Shown here: positions 17,933 to 28,463 of the stretch, piece by piece
How the letters are laid out: every line of letters starts with the position of its first letter
Position numbering within the stretch: position 1 is the stretch's first letter
NCBI GenBank assembly: GCA_028715345.1
Contig: JAQUSB010000005.1
Span: 10,042-74,041 of the forward strand
Direction of reading: 5' to 3'
Origin: Candidatus Omnitrophota bacterium
GTDB lineage: Bacteria; Omnitrophota; Gorgyraeia; 2-01-FULL-45-10
DNA length: 64,000 bases
Notes under the pieces: model-generated
The model's database searches: none
What the model was told of the DNA's origin: nothing
Seen by the model: only the letters and a program-made list of their open reading frames with translations
Translations under genes and position numbers: made by a program

Positions 17933-19465
17933 ATGAGTAAAAAAAACCTGATAAGATCGACCGGGGTCATTGGTTTTGCCACCGCTACAAGCAGGGTCCT
18001 GGGCTTTGTGAGGGATATCGTCATAGCCCGGTTCTTCGGCACGGCCATTTTTGCCCAGGCGTTCGTCATAGCTTTCCGCATACCTAACCTTTTGCGCGAT
18101 CTCGTGGGGGAGGGCGCGGCAAATTCCGCTATTGTGCCCGTCCTTACGGACGAATTGACCAAAAAAGGGAAGAAAGATTTTTTCCAGCTGGCGCAGGTTA
18201 TCCTTAATATAATGTTCGTCGTGCTCCTGGTGCTGACGGTAGCGGGCGTATTGTTATCCCCGCTCATAGTGCGGCTCATCGCGCCCGGCTTTTCAGCCGA
18301 TATCGAGAAATTCGAGATAACGGTCAAGCTTACCCGCATCCTTTTTCCGTTTCTTATCCTGGTGGGACTGTGGGCATACGCTATGGGGGTATTGAATTCG
18401 CTCCGCAGTTTCGCGGCGCCCGCTTTCGGCCCCAGCATAATGAACCTTTCTATGATACTTTGCGCCGTCTGGTTCGGCGAGAACATATTCGGGCTTGCGG
18501 CCGGCGTCCTTGCGGGCGGATTTCTGCAGCTTGCAATACAGTTCCCGCCGCTATACGCGAACGGGTGGAGGCCAAGGCTTACCGCCGAATTTTCCCATCC
18601 TCAGGCTAAAAAGATAGGGCTCCTTCTCATCCCGCGCTCCCTCGGGGCGTGCGTCTACCAGGTCAATGTATTCATCAGCACTATACTTGCCTCGCTCTCG
18701 GCTATAGCGGGCGAGGGGGCGGTGGCGGCATTGTATTACGCGAACAGGGTCTGGCAGCTGCCCCTGGCGATATTCGGCATCGCGCTGGCGCAGGCCCTGC
18801 TTCCTATGATGTCGAGGCACGTGGCGCTGAACGAGCATGATAAGCTTAAAGACACTCTCCTGTTCTCGCTCAATGTTTTATTTTTCATACTTGTGCCGTC
18901 GAGTGTGGGGCTCATAGTTTTCAGGGAACCCATCATCAGAGTATTGTTCGAGCGCGGCGCGTTCACCGCTTACTCGACCGAGATAACGTCGATAGCGCTC
19001 CTATTCTACGCGGTAGGCCTCGTTGCCTGCGGCGGAATAAAAGTCCTCGTCAACACGTTCTATTCGATGCACGACACGATGACGCCGGTAAAGACGGCGT
19101 TGGGCAGTTTGCTCTTGAACGTTGTGCTGAGCGTGATCCTGATGTTCCCGATGAAGCTCGGCGGGCTGGCCCTGGCAGCTTCCGCGTCGGCCGTCTTCAA
19201 TTTTTTCGCGCTGTATATCCTGCTTAGCAGGCGCCTGGGGGATTTCGGGACGAGGGCTGTCATCGATTCTTTTATTAGAGTGACGCTCGCCAGTATCGTA
19301 ATGGCCATTGCGCTGCAGATAGTGGTGATCCGCGCGGTGAATTTCACGTTCCTGACGCTCGCCGGGTCGATAATCATGGGGATAACGGTATTCCTCTCGG
19401 CAAGTTATATATTCGGCGTAAAAGAGATGAAAGACCTCCTCTTATGGATCTCAAAGAGAAAGTAA
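17933..19465 (+). CDS. murJ: lipid II flippase MurJ
   Basis: 'GFATATSRVLGFVRDIVIARFFG' is the MurJ N-terminal signature. About 14 TM helices. Confidence 0.85.
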   Translation: MSKKNLIRSTGVIGFATATSRVLGFVRDIVIARFFGTAIFAQAFVIAFRIPNLLRDLVGEGAANSAIVPVLTDELTKKGKKDFFQLAQVILNIMFVVLLVLTVAGVLLSPLIVRLIAPGFSADIEKFEITVKLTRILFPFLILVGLWAYAMGVLNSLRSFAAPAFGPSIMNLSMILCAVWFGENIFGLAAGVLAGGFLQLAIQFPPLYANGWRPRLTAEFSHPQAKKIGLLLIPRSLGACVYQVNVFISTILASLSAIAGEGAVAALYYANRVWQLPLAIFGIALAQALLPMMSRHVALNEHDKLKDTLLFSLNVLFFILVPSSVGLIVFREPIIRVLFERGAFTAYSTEITSIALLFYAVGLVACGGIKVLVNTFYSMHDTMTPVKTALGSLLLNVVLSVILMFPMKLGGLALAASASAVFNFFALYILLSRRLGDFGTRAVIDSFIRVTLASIVMAIALQIVVIRAVNFTFLTLAGSIIMGITVFLSASYIFGVKEMKDLLLWISKRK

Positions 19466-20700
19466 AAGCCCTCCCGGCTCTGCCCGGCGTATATATAATG
19501 AAGGGCGCCGAAGGCCGGGTCCTGTATGTAGGCAAGGCCGGGAACCTTAAAAAGCGCGTATCGAGTTATTTTTATCCGAACCGAAGGCTTAACGAACGCA
19601 TAGACCAGCTCGTTTCCTCTATAGCCGATATCGAGCATATGACCACTTCGACGGAAGCCGAAGCGCTCATCTACGAAAATAGCCTCATAAAGCAGTTAGC
19701 CCCCAGATACAATATCGCCCTGCGCGATGATAAAAGCTACCCGATGCTTAAATTGACGGTGAACGAAAAGTTCCCGCGCCTTTTTATTACCCGCAGGAAA
19801 GTGAACGACGGGTCGATGTATTACGGCCCTTACGCGAACGCGAAACTTCTTAAAGAAGCGGTGGTGTTATTGCGGCAGATGTTCCCTTTGCGGACCTGCG
19901 GGAAGATGCCGAAAAGCCTCTGCCTGAATTATCACATTAAACAATGCCTCGGGCCGTGCGCAGGCAAAGTGACCGATGCGGAATACGCCGACGTCGTGTC
20001 CGAACTCAAATTATTCCTGGAAGGACGCAAGGCGGAACTCCTGAAAGCGCTGACCGAGAGGATGACGAAAGCGTCACGCGCCGAAGATTTTGAGAAAGCG
20101 GCCGAGCTGCGCGGCAGGATCGAGGCTTTGAGCACGATAAAAGAAGACTCGGTGAGCTATAAGCCTCTGGGTGAGATGGAAGAGCTCGGGAGGATACTCG
20201 GGATAACGAAACCGCCGGAAAAAATAGAGGCGTTCGACGTTTCGAATATAATGGGACAAGAAGCCGTCGGCTCTATGGTCTACTTCTATAAAGGCAGGCC
20301 CAGGAAGAGCGAGTACAGGAGATTCAAGATCGCGACTGTCCCCGGGATAGACGATTACGCGATGATGCGCGAGATAGTCAGCAGGAGATATTCGAAACTG
20401 TCGGAGCCCGGCAGGGTGCGGCCCGACCTCATATTGATCGACGGCGGGAAAGGGCACCTGGCGGCCGCTTTGGGCGAACTCGACAAACTGGGCCTTGCGG
20501 ATATTCCGGCGATCGGCATTGCCAAGGAATTCGAACATATCTACACAAAGGACAAAAAAGATCCTATCGTATTGCCAAAAGAATCGAAGGCCTTGCATTT
20601 ATTGAAGAGGGTGAGGGACGAAGCGCACAGGTTCGCCATAGCCTACCACAGGAAACTGCGCTCTAAAAAACTTTTACCTGAAAGAAAAAGGAAAAGATGA
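19444..20700 (+). CDS. uvrC: excinuclease ABC subunit C-like (GIY-YIG + UvrBC + endonuclease domain, no C-terminal HhH)
   Basis: GIY-YIG segment 'GVYIMKGAEGRVLYVGKAGNLKKRVSSYF', a Cys cluster 'CLNYHIKQCLGPC' and a UVR domain. Ends after the RNaseH-like domain at 418 aa. Confidence 0.7.
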   Translation: MDLKEKVKALPALPGVYIMKGAEGRVLYVGKAGNLKKRVSSYFYPNRRLNERIDQLVSSIADIEHMTTSTEAEALIYENSLIKQLAPRYNIALRDDKSYPMLKLTVNEKFPRLFITRRKVNDGSMYYGPYANAKLLKEAVVLLRQMFPLRTCGKMPKSLCLNYHIKQCLGPCAGKVTDAEYADVVSELKLFLEGRKAELLKALTERMTKASRAEDFEKAAELRGRIEALSTIKEDSVSYKPLGEMEELGRILGITKPPEKIEAFDVSNIMGQEAVGSMVYFYKGRPRKSEYRRFKIATVPGIDDYAMMREIVSRRYSKLSEPGRVRPDLILIDGGKGHLAAALGELDKLGLADIPAIGIAKEFEHIYTKDKKDPIVLPKESKALHLLKRVRDEAHRFAIAYHRKLRSKKLLPERKRKR

Positions 20701-21026
20701 AAAAACGGCGCGGGATATTGTCGGTCATTTTGAAAAATAAAAATTTAAGCGATTTCGAAAAAGCGGTTTACAAGGCCCTTTTAAAGATACCAAAAGGCGA
20801 GGTGCGCAGTTACAAATGGGCGGCCTGTGCTGTCGGAAGGCCTAAAGCGGCGCGCGCGGTAGGCAACGCATTGAATAAGAACCCGTATCCTGTCGTTGTC
20901 CCGTGCCACAGGGTCATATGCTCGGACGGCTCCATAGGCGGTTTCGCGCGCGGCCTGAAGGCCAAAAGGCGCCTCCTGGCGAAGGAAGGCGTTGACTGTT
21001 TTAAGGCGCGTTGCTATAATCAATAG
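20697..21026 (+). CDS. ogt: methylated-DNA--protein-cysteine methyltransferase DNA-binding domain protein
   Basis: Active-site 'PCHRV' motif. Confidence 0.7.
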   Translation: MKKRRGILSVILKNKNLSDFEKAVYKALLKIPKGEVRSYKWAACAVGRPKAARAVGNALNKNPYPVVVPCHRVICSDGSIGGFARGLKAKRRLLAKEGVDCFKARCYNQ

Positions 21027-21067
21027 ACTGCGGGGCAGCGTTGCTATGATCAATAAGCCGTAGGGCA
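21008..21067 (+). repeat. 30-bp direct tandem repeat carrying TTGCTATAAT/TTGCTATGAT
   Basis: Units are 'gcgttgctataatcaatagactgcggggca' and 'gcgttgctatgatcaataagccgtagggca'. The second runs into REP copy 5. The first contains the extended -10 TGCTATAAT, a candidate prfB promoter. Confidence 0.6.
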
Positions 21068-21085
21068 GGTTTAAACCTGTCCTAC
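21060..21085. repeat. REP-like palindromic element copy 5
   Basis: GTAGGGCAGGTTTAAACCTGTCCTAC, with one G:T position in the stem. Confidence 0.7.
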
Positions 21086-21108
21086 GTTGTAATTTGATAA
21101 AGGAAAAT

Positions 21109-22219
21109 ATGATCGCGGAGCTTAAGGAAACAATAAATATATTAGAGGAGAAATTCAGGAACCTCAGAGGTTATCTTTGAGGTAGGCAAAAAGTGCGAAC
21201 ACATTGCCTCTCTGGAAGATGAGTCGTCCAAGGACGGATTCTGGAATGACGAAACCCGCTCTAAAGAATTATTCAAAAAATTAAAAGCGCTTAAATCGGA
21301 TATAGAGCCCTTCATAAAACTCGAAAGCGAATTTAAAGACCTTAAGGACGTGATATCCATTGCCGGGCCGGAAGACGCATCATCCTTAGAACATTTCAAA
21401 AATGACCTCGCCGGCATAATTAAGCGGCTCGACGCGCTGGAATTCAGGACGCTCCTGGACGATGAGGCCGATAGGTCCAACGCCATACTGAGCGTAAACG
21501 CGGGCGCGGGAGGGACGGAGTCGTGCGATTGGGCTGCGATGCTTTTGCGGATGTATATAAAGTGGGCGGAGTCGAAAGGTTTTAAGATCGATATCATCGA
21601 CCAGCTCTCGGGTGAAGAGGCGGGCATAAAGAACGCGACGATGCTTATAAAAGGCGAATACGCCTACGGCTTTATGAAATCCGAGACCGGAGTCCATCGT
21701 CTCGTCAGGATCTCGCCGTTCGATTCGAATAAGAGGCGCCACACTTCTTTCGCATCCATAGATATTATACCCGAAGTATCCGACGACATACAGCTCGACA
21801 TAAAAGAAGCGGACCTGAAGATAGATACGTATAGGGCGGGCGGCAAAGGCGGACAACATGTCAATAAGACCGATTCCGCCGTGCGCATTACGCATATCCC
21901 GACCGGCATCGTGGTCCAGTGCCAGAACGAGCGCTCGCAGCTTAAGAATAGATCGACGGCGATGAAGATATTGAAGGCGAAACTGTACGAGCGCGAGCGG
22001 ATGAAGAAAATGAAGGAGCAGGAGAGCGCTTACGACTCGAAAAAAGAGATAGCGTGGGGAAGCCAGATACGTTCTTACGTCCTGCACCCTTATTCGATGG
22101 TAAAAGATCACAGGACCGATTTTGAGACGGGCAAGGCGCAGGCTGTGCTAGAGGGTGAGATAGACGATTTCATCGAAGCGTATCTTAAGTGGGCAAAGGA
22201 GCAAAGGACCGGCAAATAA
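21109..22219 (+). CDS. prfB: peptide chain release factor 2, programmed +1 frameshift (21109..21177 frame 0, then 21179..22219)
   Basis: A 23-codon frame-0 ORF '[23 protein letters not shown]' ends at CUU UGA G. It is preceded by an SD-like AGAGGU. The +1 frame continues into the RF2 body with 'SPF' and '[16 protein letters not shown]'. Confidence 0.85.
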
Positions 22220-24966
22220 TGATCAACTATATACTGAAAAAGATAATCGGCACCCAGAACGAACGCGCCATACGGCATCTTAGGCCGATAGTAGAACAGA
22301 TAAATTCATTGGAGCCCCAGGTTTCCAAGCTTTCGGACGATGAATTGAAAGCGAAGACGCCTGAATTCAGGGCCAAGATCGCCGCTAAGCGCAAAGATTA
22401 TGAGGATGAGTTAAAAGAGCTCGACAATGCTTTTAAGGAGTCGACATCGCCTGCAGAGAAAGAGAAGATAAAGAAGAAGGCGCGCGATGTAAAGAATAAG
22501 ATATTCGAGGATGTCCTGCCCGAGGCCTTTGCGGTGGTACGCGAGACCGCGAAGCGCGTACTCAAGATGAGGCATTTCGACGTCCAGCTTCTGGGCGGGC
22601 TCGTCCTGCACGAGGGCAAGATCGCCGAAATGGCTACAGGCGAAGGCAAAACTCTCGTCGCCACACTTCCTGTCTACCTGAACGCGCTGACGGGCGAAGG
22701 CGTTCACGTAGTCACCGTGAACGATTACCTGGCCAACCGTGACAGGAACTGGATGGGGCCGGTGTATGAATTTCTGGGCCTCACGATCGGTGCGATACAG
22801 CACGATATGGATCCCGCGGCGAGAAAGGCGGCATACGCCTGCGATATCACATACGGGACGAATAACGAATTCGGTTTCGACTACCTGCGCGACAACATGG
22901 TCGTGAATCTGGAGGATATGGTCCAGCGTCCGCTCAATTACGCCATCGTCGACGAAGTAGATTCGATACTTATAGATGAATCGAGGACGCCGCTCATCAT
23001 ATCAGGGCCCGCCGAAGAATCTACCGATAAGTATTACATCATAAATAAAATAATCCCCCGCCTTAAGGGCAAGAAAATAACCGATAAGGACGAGATCGAC
23101 GCCAAATATAAAGGCGTAGACATAGAAAAAGATATCGACTACATGGTGAACGAGAAAAATCACACCGTGAGCCTTACCGAGCAGGGCGTCAAACGCTGTC
23201 AGGAGTTGATCGGCGTCGAAAATCTATATGACGATATCCAGTCCGAATGGGCCCACCACATAAACCAGGCCATACGCGCCCACGCGCTCTACCAGAAGGA
23301 CGTCGATTACGTGGTCAAGGACGGCGAAGTGCTGATCGTGGACGAATTTACGGGCAGGCTCATGCCGGGCAGGCGCTGGTCGGACGGACTGCACCAGGCC
23401 GTAGAGGCGAAAGAGGGCGTCAAGATCGAGCGCGAGAACCAGACGCTCGCTACCATCACATTTCAGAATTATTTCAGGATGTACAAAAAACTCGCCGGTA
23501 TGACGGGTACCGCCGAGACCGAGGCCGTGGAGTTTGGCAAGATATACGGGCTGGACGTAGTCGTCATCCCGACCAACAGGCAAATGAAGCGAGCCAATTT
23601 ATCCGACGTAATATATAAGACCGAAAGGGAAAAGTTCAACGCCGTCTGCGCCGAGATCGCCGAGCTTTACAAGGCAGGACGTCCGGTCCTCGTCGGCACC
23701 ATATCTATAGAAAAGTCCGAGCATCTATCGAATCTTTTAAAACGGATGGGCGTGCCTCACCACGTCCTGAACGCCAAATATCACGAGCAGGAAGCGCAGA
23801 TCATCGCGAAGGCGGGGGCGCCTTACGCGATCACGATAGCGACTAACATGGCCGGCCGTGGCACGGACATCGTGCTCGGCGAGGGAGTGGCCGAGAAGGG
23901 CGGGCTGCACGTCCTCGGCACAGAGCGCCACGAGGCGCGGCGCATCGACAACCAGCTGCGCGGACGTTCCGGCCGCCAGGGCGATCCGGGCTCGAGCAGG
24001 TTCTACCTGTCGCTCGAGGACGACCTGATGAGGATATTCGGCTCCGACAGGATAAAGATGGTGATGGACAAGATGGGGATGGAGGAAGGCCAGGACATCC
24101 AGCACCCTTTCATCACCAAGGCGATCGAGACCGCCCAGAAGCGCGTTGAGCAGCACAATTTCGAAGTGCGCAAGCACCTCCTCGAGTACGACAACGTGAT
24201 GAACAGGCAGAGGGAAGTGATCTACGAAGAGCGCCGGAAAATTTTGCAGGGCGCCGATCTTAAAGAATATATCTATGAAATAATGGAAGAGGTGGTCGAT
24301 TACGCGCTCGACGCGTACTTAAACGACAAGGTGAGCGTAGACCAGTGGGATCTTGACGGATTCAGGCAGTATCTCGACTCGCGTTTTTCCGTGAAGACGG
24401 ACGACATCAAGCTCGACGAGTTAAGAAGCGCCGAGATACGCGATATGGTCCTGGAGAGGATGAAAAAAGCGTATGAAGATAAAGAGAATTCCATGGGTAA
24501 AGGCCTGGCCAGGTACATGGAGAAGATGATACTCCTGCAGGTGGTCGATTCGAAATGGAAAGATCACTTATACGCTATGGACAGCCTTAAAGAGGGCATA
24601 GGCCTGAGAGCTTACGGCCAGCGCGATCCTTTGGTCGAATACCAGCACGAAGGATACGCGATGTTCATGGATATGATAAGCCGCATAAAAGAAGAAACGC
24701 TCGAGTACCTCTTCAAGATAAAGACGGTGAAAGAAGAGAAAGAGGCGCCTGTATTCAATCCTGCCCGCCAGCAGCTCCTGCACGAAGAGAAGACCCAGTT
24801 TTCGGACGTCCGCGCGATGGGAGAAGAAAGCGGCGCGGCTTCTTATAAAGGACAGCTGCCGAGGGAAAACATACCGACGTATAAAAGGGAAGAGCCTAAG
24901 GTCGGCAGGAACGACCCGTGCCCCTGCGGCAGCGGTAAAAAATATAAAAAATGCTGCGGACAATAA
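22219..24966 (+). CDS. secA: preprotein translocase subunit SecA
   Basis: DEAD-motor motifs and a C-terminal zinc-binding '[14 protein letters not shown]'. The start overlaps the prfB stop (TAATG). Confidence 0.92.
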   Translation: MINYILKKIIGTQNERAIRHLRPIVEQINSLEPQVSKLSDDELKAKTPEFRAKIAAKRKDYEDELKELDNAFKESTSPAEKEKIKKKARDVKNKIFEDVLPEAFAVVRETAKRVLKMRHFDVQLLGGLVLHEGKIAEMATGEGKTLVATLPVYLNALTGEGVHVVTVNDYLANRDRNWMGPVYEFLGLTIGAIQHDMDPAARKAAYACDITYGTNNEFGFDYLRDNMVVNLEDMVQRPLNYAIVDEVDSILIDESRTPLIISGPAEESTDKYYIINKIIPRLKGKKITDKDEIDAKYKGVDIEKDIDYMVNEKNHTVSLTEQGVKRCQELIGVENLYDDIQSEWAHHINQAIRAHALYQKDVDYVVKDGEVLIVDEFTGRLMPGRRWSDGLHQAVEAKEGVKIERENQTLATITFQNYFRMYKKLAGMTGTAETEAVEFGKIYGLDVVVIPTNRQMKRANLSDVIYKTEREKFNAVCAEIAELYKAGRPVLVGTISIEKSEHLSNLLKRMGVPHHVLNAKYHEQEAQIIAKAGAPYAITIATNMAGRGTDIVLGEGVAEKGGLHVLGTERHEARRIDNQLRGRSGRQGDPGSSRFYLSLEDDLMRIFGSDRIKMVMDKMGMEEGQDIQHPFITKAIETAQKRVEQHNFEVRKHLLEYDNVMNRQREVIYEERRKILQGADLKEYIYEIMEEVVDYALDAYLNDKVSVDQWDLDGFRQYLDSRFSVKTDDIKLDELRSAEIRDMVLERMKKAYEDKENSMGKGLARYMEKMILLQVVDSKWKDHLYAMDSLKEGIGLRAYGQRDPLVEYQHEGYAMFMDMISRIKEETLEYLFKIKTVKEEKEAPVFNPARQQLLHEEKTQFSDVRAMGEESGAASYKGQLPRENIPTYKREEPKVGRNDPCPCGSGKKYKKCCGQ

Positions 24967-26507
24967 AACTTAAAACATTCCTTCCTGTCTTGTCGGCCGC
25001 TCTCCTTGTGCTGTCGTTCCCCGACTTCAACTTCGAATTTCTCGCCTGGATAGGTTTTGTCCCGCTTTTCTTCGCGATCGAAAATAAAAAACCTGTAAAA
25101 GCATTTGTGATCTCTTATATTACGGGGATAATATTTTTCTTAGGCACTATTTACTGGCTTATCCATGTAACGCTGCCGGGAATGTTAATAGTAGTCCTGT
25201 ATCTCGCGCTTTATTTCGGGCTTTTCGGGCTCGCGTGCAGCCATTATTTTAAGACACCCAAGACTTACATGCTTCTATTATTGGTGCCGTCTGTATGGAC
25301 GGCGCTTGAACTTGTCCGTTCCCATTTTATAACAGGTTTCGGCTGGAACCTCCTCGGTTATTCCCAGAGTTTTACTTTGCCCGTCATCCAGATCGCCGAC
25401 CTTACAGGGCCGTACGGCGTAAGTTTTCTGGTAATGCTCGTCAATATCGCCGTATATATAACGATCAAGGAACTGCGTAAAAAAAATTACTACTTAAAGG
25501 CCGCGGCGATAGCCTTATTGGTGGTCTTTGCCGCCCTTTATTACGGGACGATGAGAGTCAGGAATGTATTTACCGGCGAGAAAGTATTCGTGGCCGTCGT
25601 CCAGGGTAATATCCCGCAGGTCAAAAAATGGGACCCTTCTTTCAGGGAAACCATAATGAATAAATACGAACGTTTGACCCGGGAGGCTGCGCTCAGGCAC
25701 CCGGAACTTATCATATGGCCGGAGACGTCCGTGCCGGGATTCATGGAATCCGAGCCCGACCTTTTCGACAGGGTGACGTCTCTTGCGCGCGAGATAAAGA
25801 TACCTATCCTGGCAGGTTCGCCCAGGGAAGATCCCGCGATAAAAGACGCCTATTATAACAGCGCCATATTTATCGATGAGAACGGCAAAATAGCCGGCCG
25901 CTACGACAAGAGCCATCTTGTGCCTTTCGGCGAATACGTTCCGTTGCGCGCGCTCCTTTCGTTCGTCGAGAACTTCGCGCCGTCGCCCATAGGCGATTTT
26001 TCCGCCGGTAAAAATTATACGGTCTTCGACTTTTTCATAAAGAGAAGCGCCAAAGATAAAGACCGCACGCTCCATTTGATAAAGAAGGCGCGCTTCTCCG
26101 CGCTCATATGCTTCGAAGACATATTCCCGGATCTGGCGCGGCGTTTCGTGTCGGCAGGGGCTAATTTTCTCGTGAACATAACGAACGACGCATGGTTCGG
26201 CAAGACCTGCGCGGCGTACCAGCACGCGCAGAGTTCCGTATTCCGGGCGGTCGAGAACAGGGTCAATGTGGTCCGCGCGGCGAATACCGGGGTATCGTGT
26301 TTTATCGACCAGAAAGGCGCCATGGTCGGCGGGGTCGGGTCGGAAAAAGGGTCTACGTTCGTCGAGGGATACGCGATACGCGAGATAACCCTTACGAAGA
26401 CGCGTACCTTTTACAACGTTTACGGCGACCTGTTCGCGTATATCTGTGTATTCATAGCTTTCGGTTATTTCTTGATAACATTGAGAGGCAAAAAATGGAA
26501 CGTTTAA
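24951..26507 (+). CDS. lnt: apolipoprotein N-acyltransferase
   Basis: N-terminal polytopic domain plus a CN-hydrolase domain (about '[10 protein letters not shown]', '[10 protein letters not shown]'). Confidence 0.8.
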   Translation: MLRTIKLKTFLPVLSAALLVLSFPDFNFEFLAWIGFVPLFFAIENKKPVKAFVISYITGIIFFLGTIYWLIHVTLPGMLIVVLYLALYFGLFGLACSHYFKTPKTYMLLLLVPSVWTALELVRSHFITGFGWNLLGYSQSFTLPVIQIADLTGPYGVSFLVMLVNIAVYITIKELRKKNYYLKAAAIALLVVFAALYYGTMRVRNVFTGEKVFVAVVQGNIPQVKKWDPSFRETIMNKYERLTREAALRHPELIIWPETSVPGFMESEPDLFDRVTSLAREIKIPILAGSPREDPAIKDAYYNSAIFIDENGKIAGRYDKSHLVPFGEYVPLRALLSFVENFAPSPIGDFSAGKNYTVFDFFIKRSAKDKDRTLHLIKKARFSALICFEDIFPDLARRFVSAGANFLVNITNDAWFGKTCAAYQHAQSSVFRAVENRVNVVRAANTGVSCFIDQKGAMVGGVGSEKGSTFVEGYAIREITLTKTRTFYNVYGDLFAYICVFIAFGYFLITLRGKKWNV

Positions 26508-26755
26508 TATTGGGGATGACGGCAGGGGCTTTGACCACTATATCTTTCGTACCGCAGGTGATAAAGATCTATAAGATGAAAGACGCCAAAGAGCTTTCGC
26601 TCGCGACTTTCGCTATTTTTTCCTGCGGTGTATTTTTATGGCTTGTGTATGGTATAATTATACGGGAATGGCCGGTCATCCTTGCGAACGGCATAACGTT
26701 CGCGCTGATCTGCCTGATAATCGCGATGAAGATAAAATATAGCGGGACGAAATAA
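26495..26755 (+). CDS. SemiSWEET / PQ-loop 3-TM transporter
   Basis: 87 aa with three TM helices and 'SFVPQVIKIYK' (PQ motif). The 26192 long form is rejected. Overlaps the lnt 3' end by 13 nt. Confidence 0.55.
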   Translation: MERLILGMTAGALTTISFVPQVIKIYKMKDAKELSLATFAIFSCGVFLWLVYGIIIREWPVILANGITFALICLIIAMKIKYSGTK

Positions 26756-26781
26756 GCCCGACCGTAAATGGGGGATCCGAA

Positions 26782-27162
26782 ATGAAAAAAGTCAAAGTTC
26801 TCCTGGTGGACGACGAGCCGGATTTTTTGAAAGTGATGAGTTTTCATATAACGGACTGGGGGTACGACCTCGTCACTGCGACCAACGGCAAAGAGTGTGT
26901 CGATATCGTTAAGGCCCAGAAGCCCGACATCGTGATCCTGGATTATGTCATGCCCGACATGGACGGCCTGAAAGCCCTGGCCCAGATCCGTAAGATAGAT
27001 AAAGAATTACCCGTAATAATGTTCACGGCAAATCCCGATATCAAATCGATAAAAGGCACTAAGAAACTGGGCGTCAGCGCCTACATACCAAAACTTTGCG
27101 TCTATACGGACGTTCCCTCGTCGGTAAAGGACGAGCTTGAAAAGATAGTGAGAACGCTGTAA
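26782..27162 (+). CDS. stand-alone response regulator receiver (CheY-like)
   Basis: 'VLLVDDEPD', 'DIVILDYVMPDMDG', and a conserved Lys in 'IKSIKGTKK'. Confidence 0.75.
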   Translation: MKKVKVLLVDDEPDFLKVMSFHITDWGYDLVTATNGKECVDIVKAQKPDIVILDYVMPDMDGLKALAQIRKIDKELPVIMFTANPDIKSIKGTKKLGVSAYIPKLCVYTDVPSSVKDELEKIVRTL

Positions 27163-27186
27163 CGGCTTTCATCCCACAAATTACGA

Positions 27187-27225
27187 TTTATACACAAAGT
27201 AGCGCACCCTTAAGGGTGCCCCAAG
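27187..27225. repeat. REP-like element copy 2 (decayed right arm)
   Basis: TTATACACAAAG tail plus TAGCGCACCCTTAAGGGTGCC. The right arm is degenerate. Confidence 0.55.
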
Positions 27226-27441
27226 CTTTGCTCTTGCCTGAGCTGGGCGGCCCTATCAATAGGACGTTGTGGACGAAATACGACGATTCCCTTCGAGATA
27301 GAGGCGGTTTTAAGATGAAATATAACCAGATATTCGGCGCTTTTCGTCGGATAATTGAAGTGCGAAGAGTTAATATTTCACGTGAAATAAATGGGCGAAG
27401 GGATAAAGGTCGAGGTAAAAATGACAGTAAAATAAACCTTG

Positions 27442-27472
27442 ACATCGAAGCTTGCCAAATGCTATAAAGTAA
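27442..27472 (+). promoter_or_regulatory. sigma70-like promoter TTGACA-N18-TATAAA for island operon
   Basis: 'ttgacatcgaagcttgccaaatgctataaag' lies about 100 nt upstream of the first island gene. Confidence 0.35.
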
Positions 27473-27570
27473 TGTAAGCTTTAAAAGAAAACATATGTTA
27501 AAACCCGCCAAAGTAGTGCATAGCCAAAAAATCCGCGGCTATTTTTATGTTATGGAGAGGAGGCGATAAG

Positions 27571-27747
27571 ATGACACGTCCGCAAACCAATAAAGAAATA
27601 CAAGAGCAGTTTATTAAAAAAGCCCAGAGTGCCGGTGTCACAGTCTATAAGAACAATATTCACACGGCTAAACCATTATCGCAAATCTGCGGATCTATCA
27701 AGACAAGGTATCCTTCCTGCACCCGGGATCTTATCTGCGGACGATGA
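27571..27747 (+). CDS. small protein (58 aa), translationally coupled upstream partner of PIN protein
   Basis: Strong SD 'GGAGAGGAGG' 8 nt upstream. Its stop overlaps the PIN start (ATGA). No recognisable fold. Confidence 0.35.
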   Translation: MTRPQTNKEIQEQFIKKAQSAGVTVYKNNIHTAKPLSQICGSIKTRYPSCTRDLICGR

Positions 27748-28430
27748 GCCCAGATAGTTCATCCTATAAGAATTTTTCTGATAGGCCTATCCCACCCATT
27801 CTATATGTTGATACTAGTTTTATTGTAGATGCCCTAGTTGATGGGCAGCTTTTCCATAAGGAATCTATGGGGTTTATCGACGAGATGGCTAAAGATGTCG
27901 ATAAGCAGCCTATTCTCATATTCTCTGATATCCTGAAGATTGAATTGAAATGCGCTGTTACTTCAATATGCATAAGAAACGACTACGGTAAAAATATTAG
28001 TATAAATAGAGTGCTTAAGCTGCATCCGGATTTAATACAAAAATATTACCCCACTGTGGAGTTGGCAGAAAAACAGTTTATGGATGTCTTGCAAAGATTT
28101 AAGAACTGGACATCCATGCCTATTGATGAAGAAATAATAAATAGAGCTGGATCGGTTATGCCAAAATACCGACTTGGGAGTTCAGACGCAATACATGTTG
28201 CTACGATGGAAAAGTGGGATATAAAAGATATATTGACATACGATTGGGGCATCGAGGATCTTCCGATGTATAAAGGGGATTGCAGTGTTTGGACCTGTAA
28301 TGGATGGCGAAGGTATCTTAGCCGATCAAAACGGCGTAGTAAGCGTGATGAGGAATTAAAGAGACTAATTGAAGAAGCCAAAGAAATACTTAAGCTAGGA
28401 TCCAGAGACGAGAATAGGTCGTTAGCGTAA
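27744..28430 (+). CDS. PIN-domain nuclease with C-terminal basic/coiled extension
   Basis: N-terminal 'ILYVDTSFIVDAL' (first Asp) and C-terminal 'SSDAIHVATM' (PIN fourth acidic motif). Confidence 0.55.
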   Translation: MSPDSSSYKNFSDRPIPPILYVDTSFIVDALVDGQLFHKESMGFIDEMAKDVDKQPILIFSDILKIELKCAVTSICIRNDYGKNISINRVLKLHPDLIQKYYPTVELAEKQFMDVLQRFKNWTSMPIDEEIINRAGSVMPKYRLGSSDAIHVATMEKWDIKDILTYDWGIEDLPMYKGDCSVWTCNGWRRYLSRSKRRSKRDEELKRLIEEAKEILKLGSRDENRSLA

Positions 28431-28463
28431 TAGTGTTACGATAAAATCAGAGGATAGATCATC

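Noticed and set aside
26192-26755. 187-aa ORF-track call overlapping lnt.
   Set aside because: The N-terminal 100 aa is an Arg/Gly-rich out-of-frame read-through of lnt. The real gene is the 87-aa SemiSWEET starting at 26495.
27216-27467. 83-aa ORF between the response regulator and the island.
   Set aside because: It overlaps REP copy 2 and the predicted island promoter, has no RBS and has an odd composition. Likely non-coding.
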